Origin: Candidatus Electrothrix yaqonensis
Lineage (GTDB): Bacteria > Desulfobacterota > Desulfobulbia > Desulfobulbales > Desulfobulbaceae
Assembly: GCA_047651235.1 (NCBI GenBank)
Contig: CP178758.1
Span: forward strand, 1,320,001-1,352,000
DNA: 32,000 bases
Reading direction: 5' to 3'
Part shown: one piece after another, positions 17,559-25,025 of the stretch
How the letters are laid out: the number at the start of each line of letters is the position of its first letter
Numbering within the stretch: the stretch's first letter is position 1
Position numbers and translations under genes: made by a program
Notes under the pieces: generated by a model
Database searches by the model: none
The model's input: only the letters and a program-made list of their open reading frames with translations
What the model was told of the DNA's origin: nothing

Positions 17559-17750
17559 GAGCTGGACAAAGATACCGTGGTTGCTGAGAACGGTAAGGGA
17601 GAGCGGGTGGAGTGCAGTTTCTCCATGAATCCCTTTGATAAGGAGTTGGTGGCTGCAGGCGGTGGCCTATGCGGATCAGAAGTACTGATCGCCGCAGCCG
17701 ATTTCTATCAGGCAGAAAACGAGGATAAGGGAGTATATGTCACGTTCTAA
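17559..17750 (+). pseudogene. Open 63-codon frame starting at the composite boundary; its first ~38 aa resemble the C-terminus of an aconitase-family swivel domain (LeuD-like)
   Basis: ELDKDTVVAENGKGERVECSFSMNPFDKELVAAGGGL.. fits the (I/L)E(V/L)D....(I/V)......G.......P(F/L)....(L/I)..AGGL pattern of small-subunit isopropylmalate/homoaconitate dehydratases. No start codon of its own. Confidence 0.3.
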
Positions 17751-17879
17751 ACAACCGGAAACTGGCCATTACTTCTCGATCGCAATCTATGTATCTATGT
17801 ATCAGCAGGTGGAGGCTGTCTGTTTTCACGGCTGGCGACTGAACTGCTCCGATCCTACGTCTTCACGATAAAACAGAAA

Positions 17880-18647
17880 TCACAGCCGCACCAGTTCAAG
17901 GTCGCCCCGGGCACCGAGATGCTTACCGGAAATAATGAGTACGCCGGAAAGGCCGTCGATGGTCCCGGCCAGCTCAAGGGCGGCATTGATGTTTTTATTC
18001 ATACGCTTCCGCTGCCCGCCCACTGCATTACCCAAGCGGGTAGCGGCAGCATCGGCAAGGGGGGTGGAAGCCGCCACAACCACAACCGCATCGGCCCGGC
18101 CGAGGCTGAGGGAATGGCCGATGGTCCCGGAAGAACAGCATACACCGCAGGGCATCTGGTCTGCCCGAAGATGGACCCCTACCCTGCCGCTCAGCGGAGA
18201 TTCTCCTGCATACACGGATACTGTACTCGGCTCTGTTCTGGAGATGAAAATATCACCGCCGTTCTCGACAATAACCTCGTTGATGCCTTGCCGGGATAGT
18301 GCCTGTCCGACCAGCTCGGCAACTGTCCCGGCCACTGCGGCCATCGGCCCGACTCCGGCCTGCAGACCGGCTGTCAGCATTTCCCGGACCGCCTTGGGGG
18401 CTTGGATATCCGGAGGGAGAGGCACCAAGCTGCGGAGAAAATCAGGATGCTCTCTGATGTATCCCTCAATATCTGCGCGCACCTCGGCAACCGCAGCCAG
18501 GGCCTGCTCCTCCACCTGCACAGGGGCCAGAATATGCAGGTCTGTCTCAGCGACCTTAACAACAGAGGAGACAAGCCCTGAATTCTGAATCCGGCGGTAT
18601 TGCCGCTCCTGATAGGAAAGAGGTGGTTTTTTCTGACGCCCTGCCAT
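17880..18647 (-). CDS. UPF0280 family protein (ApbE-like fold)
   Basis: 255 aa. YQERQYR, ETDLHI, GVGPMAAVAGTVAELVG, EVIVENGGDIF, CSSGTIGHSLSLGRADA and LADAAATRLGN are the pattern I associate with UPF0280. Confidence 0.75.
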   Translation of the reverse strand: MAGRQKKPPLSYQERQYRRIQNSGLVSSVVKVAETDLHILAPVQVEEQALAAVAEVRADIEGYIREHPDFLRSLVPLPPDIQAPKAVREMLTAGLQAGVGPMAAVAGTVAELVGQALSRQGINEVIVENGGDIFISRTEPSTVSVYAGESPLSGRVGVHLRADQMPCGVCCSSGTIGHSLSLGRADAVVVVAASTPLADAAATRLGNAVGGQRKRMNKNINAALELAGTIDGLSGVLIISGKHLGARGDLELVRL

Positions 18648-18713
18648 GTCCGCTCGATTTTTTCTCGGAATTGTTTGCCAGCCTGTTTTTCTCGGTTACT
18701 CTGAATATACGCC

Positions 18714-19391
18714 ATGCAAACGGATCAGACAAGACAGACAAAACGCTGCCGACAGACCGTGCTGCTTTTTACCCGATATCCACAAGCAGGAAAGGTCAAA
18801 ACCCGGCTCATTGATCGGCTCGGTCCGCAGGGGGCGGCAGAACTGCAGAGCCGGATGACCGAGCAGGTGCTCCAGCAGATCAGACCACCCCTGCGCAGTG
18901 AAGCAAATGATGCTGTACAGCTGCAGATTTATTATAACGGCGGTTCGGAACAGGAGATGCGGGACTGGCTCGGTCCTGATCTGCCCTTTTTCCGGCAGCA
19001 GGGAAACAGCTTGGGGGAACGTATGGCTGCCGCCTTTGTCTATGCCTGGAATCAGGGGGCTGAACAGGTACTGCTCATTGGCTCAGACTGTCCGAGTATT
19101 GACGCAGCAATCATCACAACCGGTCTGGAAAAGCTGCACAGCCATGATCTGGTACTTGGTCCGGCTACCGATGGGGGGTATTATCTGATCGGCCTGCGCG
19201 CCTTTTCCCCGCAGTACGAACATCTGTTCCGGGAGATTGACTGGGGCACGGAGCAGGTGCTGCGCCAGACCTTGGACCGGGCTGCAGAAGCGGATCTCTC
19301 CTTTGCCCTTCTGCCTATCCTGCACGATATTGACCGACCTGAAGACCTTGTTCATCTCGTCCATTTCCATTATCATCCCGGTTCTGAATGA
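18714..19391 (+). CDS. DUF2064 protein (TIGR04282-type, CofC/MobA-like nucleotidyltransferase fold; 'transferase 1, rSAM/selenodomain-associated')
   Basis: 225 aa. VLLFTRYPQAGKVKTRL...LG...AA.L, LIGSDCP and GPATDGGYYLIGL are typical of the family. The name is recalled from memory. Confidence 0.75.
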   Translation: MQTDQTRQTKRCRQTVLLFTRYPQAGKVKTRLIDRLGPQGAAELQSRMTEQVLQQIRPPLRSEANDAVQLQIYYNGGSEQEMRDWLGPDLPFFRQQGNSLGERMAAAFVYAWNQGAEQVLLIGSDCPSIDAAIITTGLEKLHSHDLVLGPATDGGYYLIGLRAFSPQYEHLFREIDWGTEQVLRQTLDRAAEADLSFALLPILHDIDRPEDLVHLVHFHYHPGSE

Positions 19392-20046
19392 AGAACAGGC
19401 TGTCGGGGCCTGCCTTGACCTCCTCCTTGCCCATCCTGAACGCAATTCGCTGGAGATCGTGGTGGTGGACGGCGGCAGTACCGATTCTACCCTGCAGGAA
19501 ATCAGCAGACGAGGGCTGACACCGGTCTCCTCCGCTCCTGGCCGGGGACCGCAGCAGCACACCGGGGCACGGGCATCAACCGGAGAAATTCTTCTTTTTC
19601 TCCATTGCGACACAGCCCTGCCGCCGGATTTTCCGTTTCAGACCCGGGAAACACTACAACAGAAAAACGTTGCGGCCGGTGCCTTCAGACTACATATTGG
19701 TGGACGGGGCCCAGGATTCCGCTGCCTTGAAGCCGGGGTCAATCTACGTTCAAGGCTCTTCAGCCTGCCTTATGGCGATCAGGCTTTGTTCATGCGCAGA
19801 ACAACCTATTTTGCCAGCGGTGGCTTTCCGGGGCAGCCACTCATGGAGGATGTCGCCCTAGTAAAACGCCTTAGAAAGCTGGGCAGGATTGTCCTTGCCC
19901 CGGCCTGTGTAACCACCTCGGCCCGGCGCTGGCAGCAGCACGGTCTGCTCAGAACAACCCTGCTCAATCAGCTCATCCTGCTGGGCAGTGCTGCGGGCGT
20001 TCCTCCGTACCGGCTGGCGCAGTGGTATTACAGAAAAAGGAGATAA
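19348..20046 (+). CDS. Family-2 glycosyltransferase (TIGR04283-type, 'transferase 2, rSAM/selenodomain-associated')
   Basis: ISIIIPVLNEE..VVVDGGSTD..GRG.Q...GA..A.GEILLFLHCDT.LP..YGDQALF..GGFP..PLMEDV..TSARRW. The start is unresolved. The conserved N-terminus begins before the upstream stop (19391), and in-frame candidates are only TTG/CTG (19348, 19339, 19330, 19237). Confidence 0.75.
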   Translation: MFISSISIIIPVLNEEQAVGACLDLLLAHPERNSLEIVVVDGGSTDSTLQEISRRGLTPVSSAPGRGPQQHTGARASTGEILLFLHCDTALPPDFPFQTRETLQQKNVAAGAFRLHIGGRGPGFRCLEAGVNLRSRLFSLPYGDQALFMRRTTYFASGGFPGQPLMEDVALVKRLRKLGRIVLAPACVTTSARRWQQHGLLRTTLLNQLILLGSAAGVPPYRLAQWYYRKRR

Positions 20047-20055
20047 AGATAAAAT

Positions 20056-20931
20056 ATGCAGGCAATGCTCCTGGCTGCCGGCTTCGGCACCCGCTTACGC
20101 CCATACACTCTGGCTAAACCCAAGCCGCTCTTTCCGGTCTGCAATGTCCCTCTGCTCCATATTCTGCTGGACAAGCTCGTGGCAGCAGGCTGCGAACGGA
20201 TTGTGGTGAACTGCCATTATCTTGCCGACCAGATCAAAGCCGCTGTTGCGGATAGACCGGAAGTCATTCTGCAGCACGAATCAGAGGTGCTGGGCACAGG
20301 CGGAGGACTGCGCAAGGCTCTGGATCGGTTTAGCGACGGGTCTGTTCTGGTGATGAACGGCGATATTTACCACGATATCGATCTGCACAGCATTCTGCAG
20401 GCCCACGCGGCAACCGACTTCTCCGTGACAATGGCCCTGCATGACTATCCCCGCTTCAACTCTGTGCAGGTGCTGGGGAACCGGGTCTGCGGCTTTTCAT
20501 CAGGCGAAAACCTGACCGGCCTCGATCTGCTGGCCTTTACCGGCATTCATGTCGTCAACCGGGAAGTCATCGAACAGATTCCGGCAGACTGCTTTTTTCA
20601 TATTATTGATCTGTACCAAAAGCTCGCCCAGGCAGGGAAAATAGGCTGGCTTCCGGTGGATGGCTGCTTCTGGCAGGATATCGGCACACCGGCTGATTAT
20701 CTTGCTCTGCACCGTTATCTGCTTTTTTCACAGACGCCGTCCTGGCATATCCATGAAAGCGCAGTTATCGGCAAAAATGTGAAGTTGACGGACTGGGGAG
20801 TGATCGGCCCCGGAGCAGTGATCGGCGACAGCGCGCAGCTCAGCTGCTGTGTGGTGTGGGAGGAAGCTGGTATTGCAGCAGGAGCACACCTGGAAGATAT
20901 GATTTTGCTGTCCCAGAAGATATCTGAGTAA
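20056..20931 (+). CDS. Sugar-phosphate nucleotidyltransferase (NTP_transferase N-domain plus left-handed beta-helix C-terminus)
   Basis: 291 aa. MLLAAGFGTRLRPYTLAKPKPLFPV (the G-x-G-T-R-L/K-P-x-x signature). The C-terminal hexapeptide-like region is VIGKNVKL..GVIGPGAVIGDSAQL. GGAGA lies 12 nt upstream of the ATG. Confidence 0.8.
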   Translation: MQAMLLAAGFGTRLRPYTLAKPKPLFPVCNVPLLHILLDKLVAAGCERIVVNCHYLADQIKAAVADRPEVILQHESEVLGTGGGLRKALDRFSDGSVLVMNGDIYHDIDLHSILQAHAATDFSVTMALHDYPRFNSVQVLGNRVCGFSSGENLTGLDLLAFTGIHVVNREVIEQIPADCFFHIIDLYQKLAQAGKIGWLPVDGCFWQDIGTPADYLALHRYLLFSQTPSWHIHESAVIGKNVKLTDWGVIGPGAVIGDSAQLSCCVVWEEAGIAAGAHLEDMILLSQKISE

Positions 20932-21023
20932 CTGTTTTAAAAATCCATATGTCACGTTCCGTGTGATAATCACCCGGAAAGAATCGGCCTTTGGATGATA
21001 AAGCGGGCAGTTTGGGGTGCGAT

Positions 21024-22374
21024 TAAAAGTGCGGTTTCTGACACCTTACGCTGCCCAGCTTATATTCTCCCAATATTTATCCCAGTATCCGTCCGCACGG
21101 TCAACTCTCAGGGAAAGCATGATTCGGGCATTTTCCGGTGTCCACCATGCGCTGGCTATTTTCAGACGTTCCTGGATGACATACCGGTGCGCACTTTCTA
21201 TTTCTCCAGAACCGATAGGTAAACCAAGCTGTTGAGCATCGGGATAGTCGAACTGCCCCGGACGGTTGCTCAGGTAACGCAGGCAGCAGCGGACAGGTGC
21301 ATTTTGATCTTCTGTCTTTTCCGGCTCAAGATGAGGCTTCAATGCTTCGATCAGTTTTTTTTCCTGTCCCTTTTTCAGGCGCTCTTTCTGCTGCTTACTC
21401 CATGATCCTTTTCCGTCTTTCCCGGAACATGCCGGTGCAGCAGCCTCCAGGTATTCACAAACATGATAAAAATCGACAAGGTAATGTCCCTGTGAACCGA
21501 ACTGTTTTTTCACCTGCCCGGAAATCCACGTTGCTCCGTCACCCACTGAGTGCAGATATGTACCCCGACCGAATCCCGCACGGCAGGCGCAATCAAAGAG
21601 AACCTTTCCCGACTCGTCAACGTTTTCCTGAAATTCAACGCCGAATTTAAGCGTCCTTTCACCGAGAACATGAGCTATACTCAGGCGTGCTTCTTTCCAG
21701 CTGTGCTTTTTACCTTTGCGCCGGTCCCTGGCATCTGTATCCGTCAGGACAATCGGAACCATGCTGCCGTCCGTCTCGGCAATAACGAAGTCCCGTCCCT
21801 TTATAGACGGATATTCTTCAATTCTCTCCTGTCGACGTCTTTCATGTATGTGTCGGGCGTGAGTCTCCGTGATATTTCGGACAGTACTTACCGGTAATGT
21901 TATCCCATAATAGACCTCCTGCAAAACTTGGTGATTTGACAGAAACGGCGGATGCCAATGTGTTTTTTTTACCGCTACGGGTACAATTACCGTCCGTCGG
22001 AAGAGCTGCCCCGGATTTTCCAATTCGACTCTCCGCCCATCCGCTGAGCACCTCATTACCCATCCGGCGAACTTCCTCAATGACCCGACTTTCGGCCTCA
22101 TCAGCTTTTACAATCCCGTCTCCGTCATCACCGGCTATAGAAAGAATAGCTTGAATACGCGTTTTCAGATTTGGCTGACGGTTCAATTGATTGAGCAATT
22201 CCTTATCTTCCTGTGACAGTGAGGACATAAATATCTTCTCCGGGATAATATTATACGAACGGACAACACAGCATCCTGATTACTTGCTGTTTCTTTCTCA
22301 AAGAAATCAAAGTAACAGAAAAATACGCTCTCATGCATCCCGTAATTGATAAAACCGCACTTGTAATCGCACCC
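21024..22374 (-). mobile_element. ISKra4-like insertion sequence (about 1.35 kb)
   Basis: Terminal IRs GGGTGCGATTAAAAGTGCGGTTT (21025-21047) and the complement of AAACCGCACTTGTAATCGCACCC (22352-22374) match at 22 of 23 positions. No target-site duplication is visible. The family call comes from the transposase motifs, from memory. Confidence 0.75.
21046..22228 (-). pseudogene. ISKra4-family transposase split into two frames
   Basis: ORF 21842..22228 is the N-terminal part (..ADEAESRVIEEVRRMGNEVLSGWAE..). ORF 21046..22101 is the rest (..SVGDGATWI..DFYHVCEYL..LPIGSGEIESAHRYVIQERLK..WW..NARIML.LRV....YWDKYW). The frames overlap across an A8 run (T8 on the plus strand, 21963-21970), and deleting one A fuses them. 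Confidence 0.7.
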
Positions 22375-22917
22375 ATCTTTTGCCGTATCGTTAAAATTAT
22401 TCACCCGGATCAGATAGTATTCCGGAAAAATATCATGTACCTGCTTTTTCCGGTACAGGGCCTGCTGATCTTCGGACAGCTGCAGCAGGTCGTGTTCATG
22501 CAGCCCTCTGAAGGAAGTCAGGCCGTGATAGATATAATCGCTTCCCTGACTCAGGTCAAAGTACAGGATATTGACCGAGATGACCTTGGTGATATCCGAG
22601 TAGGGAGCACCTTCCTCCAGGTGTTCGGTAATCATCTTTGCAGTGCCGAAAAGAATCCTCTGCAGATAGTCAAATTCCCGTTCGTACTGTACTTCAATGA
22701 TGATGATCTCGCCCTGCTCATTCTTCACCTTGAGATCCACGCGGTTGAATTTATCGCGCTGATGCTCTTTATTGCTCTCGCTCTCAAGAACTTCAAGGAT
22801 GCGGATATCGTCTTTGAGCAGCTCGCTGAGAAAGCCTTCAAGGATCTCGAAGTTGGCCTTGCTGCGCAGGAGCTTTTTCATGGCCCAGTCAAAGGTGATC
22901 AGTTTTCTCTGCGGCAT
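22375..22917 (-). pseudogene. Rpn/YhgA-like PD-(D/E)XK nuclease-family protein, 3'-truncated by the IS
   Basis: ORF 22183..22917. The first 181 aa (..FDWAMKKLL..NRVDLKVKNEQGEIIIIEVQYE..VISVNILYFDL..) fit the PD-(D/E)XK 'putative transposase/invertase' family. After ..NNFNDTAKD the reading continues into the IS terminal repeat (22374), and the tail is IS-encoded nonsense. Confidence 0.7.
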
Positions 22918-23203
22918 ATTTTCTTTTGCTCCCTCTCTGCGGAATGAACAATCAGCGGAAAATCAAGGCATCCGACCACCACATCTATACCAATTTTTTC
23001 CGCACAATCCAAGGTCGGTTGCCCGGTTTATCCATCTGACAGGAAAATCGGCAGGCAGTTTGGCCGTTGCTATTTTATGAGGCGTACAGTATCATAAACA
23101 GTTTCTGTTGAAAAGGACATGCGGGGTGACGGATATCTGTAGGGGAACATACTGATCTGATTTCTAATTATTGGATTGAGATATTATCTGCCGGAACAAT
23201 GAT

Positions 23204-23968
23204 ATGAATGAAGCGCGGTCCGAAGTGGTGGCGATTATTCCTGCCCGCTATCAGTCCAACCGTTTTGCGGGCAAGCCGCTGGCGCTGATTGCCGGGAAGC
23301 CCATGATTCAGCACGTGGTTGAGCGGGCCCGGCAGGTGAAGCTGCTTTCCCGTGTTGTGGTGGCCACGGATGATGAACGGATTGGCGAGGTAGTGCAGGC
23401 ATTCGGCGGCGAGGTGGTCATGACCCGATCTGATCATGTTTCCGGGACAGACCGACTGGCCGAGGCTGCCGAGCTGCTCAATATTGAAGAGCACCATGTG
23501 GTGGTCAATATTCAGGGAGATCAGCCTCTGTTTCCACCTGAAGTCATTGAGCAGGTTGCCCGTCCCCTGCTGGAGGATCCGGCTCTGCCCATGTCCACCC
23601 TGATCTACAAGATCACCCGGCCGAAGGAAATCACCGATCCGAATCATGTCAAGACGGTGTTTGACTGCAATCATAATGCGCTGTATTTTTCCCGCTCACC
23701 GATCCCGTTTCAGCGCAACCCTGCCGAAAAGGCCCAGCCGACCTATTATAAGCATCTCGGCTTTTATGCCTACCGCAAGGGCTTTCTCCTCACCTTTGTC
23801 GCCCTGCCTGAAGGCGAATGGGAGCGGTTTGAAAAACTTGAACAGCTTCGGGCCTTGGAGTATGGTTACCGTATTCGGGTAGTGCTGACCGGGCATGATT
23901 CCGTGGAAGTGGATACCCCGCAGGATGCGCAGCGGGTGGAAAAGATACTCCGGCAATCCGATATGTAA
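23204..23968 (+). CDS. kdsB: 3-deoxy-manno-octulosonate cytidylyltransferase (CMP-KDO synthetase)
   Basis: 254 aa. VVAIIPARYQSNRFAGKPLA.I.GKPMIQHV, VVVATDDERI, SGTDRLAE and VVNIQGDQPL. Confidence 0.9.
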   Translation: MNEARSEVVAIIPARYQSNRFAGKPLALIAGKPMIQHVVERARQVKLLSRVVVATDDERIGEVVQAFGGEVVMTRSDHVSGTDRLAEAAELLNIEEHHVVVNIQGDQPLFPPEVIEQVARPLLEDPALPMSTLIYKITRPKEITDPNHVKTVFDCNHNALYFSRSPIPFQRNPAEKAQPTYYKHLGFYAYRKGFLLTFVALPEGEWERFEKLEQLRALEYGYRIRVVLTGHDSVEVDTPQDAQRVEKILRQSDM

Positions 23969-24024
23969 AGGCAGTCCTTGCGGCTGCCCTCTGTCAATGC
24001 CAGATATACAATAACCCAGAAACA

Positions 24025-24951
24025 ATGAAAAAAAAGATTACCATTATAGGTGCCGGAAACGTCGGTGCCACTGCAGCCCATTGGGCCCTGACCCGCAATC
24101 TGGGCGATATTGTTCTGCTGGATGTCATGGAGGGCATTCCCCAGGGAAAGGCCCTGGATCTCTGGCAGGCAGGTCCGCTGGATGCCTATGCCGGGACAGT
24201 GACCGGGACCAATGATTATGCCGACTCGGCCAATTCCGATGTGGTGATCATCACAGCCGGACTGGCCCGGAAGCCGGGGATGTCCCGTGACGATCTGCTG
24301 GCAAAAAATGTCGCCATTGTCACGTCCTGCGCCGAAGAGGCGGTCCGGCACTCACCGGAGTGCTTCATGATCGTGGTCACCAATCCCATTGATGCCATGG
24401 TGCATACAGCCTTCAAGGTCTCCGGGCTGGACAAAAGCCGGATCGTTGGTATGGCTGGCGTGCTTGATTCGGCGCGTTACCGCACCTTTCTCGCTGAAGC
24501 AGTCGGAGTAGCTCCGGCAGATGTCAATGCCCTGGTTATGGGGATTCACGGCGATAAAATGCTGCCTCTGGTCAGGCTGGCCAATGTGGGCGGCGTGCCG
24601 ATTACTGATCTGCTTTCTGCAGAAAAAATCGCCGAGATCGTCCAGCGGACCCAGATGGGCGGCATTGAGATTGTCAACCATCTGAAGACCGGCAGTGCCT
24701 TTTATACGCCCGGTCTGGCAGCGGTTGAAATGGCTGAAGCCGTGCTCACGGACAGTCGGCGGGTGATGCCCTGTGCAGCCTATCTGGAAGGCGAATTCGG
24801 GATCTCCGACTATTTTCTCGGCGTGCCTGTGGTCCTTGGAGGCAACGGGGTGGAACGTATTCTTGAGTTTGCCCTGACCGAAGAGGAGAAGGAAGCCCTA
24901 CAGGAATCTGTAGACGCTGTTGCCGCCCAGGTGCAGGCAACCGGGCTGTAG
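24025..24951 (+). CDS. mdh: Malate dehydrogenase (LDH-like family)
   Basis: 308 aa. KITIIGAGNVGAT, ITAGLARKPGMSRDDL (Arg at the substrate-specificity position), VVTNPID and GIHGD. Confidence 0.92.
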   Translation: MKKKITIIGAGNVGATAAHWALTRNLGDIVLLDVMEGIPQGKALDLWQAGPLDAYAGTVTGTNDYADSANSDVVIITAGLARKPGMSRDDLLAKNVAIVTSCAEEAVRHSPECFMIVVTNPIDAMVHTAFKVSGLDKSRIVGMAGVLDSARYRTFLAEAVGVAPADVNALVMGIHGDKMLPLVRLANVGGVPITDLLSAEKIAEIVQRTQMGGIEIVNHLKTGSAFYTPGLAAVEMAEAVLTDSRRVMPCAAYLEGEFGISDYFLGVPVVLGGNGVERILEFALTEEEKEALQESVDAVAAQVQATGL

Positions 24952-25025
24952 TTTCTGTTTATCCTCTTATCCTCTTATCCCGGCGGGCAGAGAACAGAAA
25001 ACAAACTGACCCACTTTGTAAAAAA

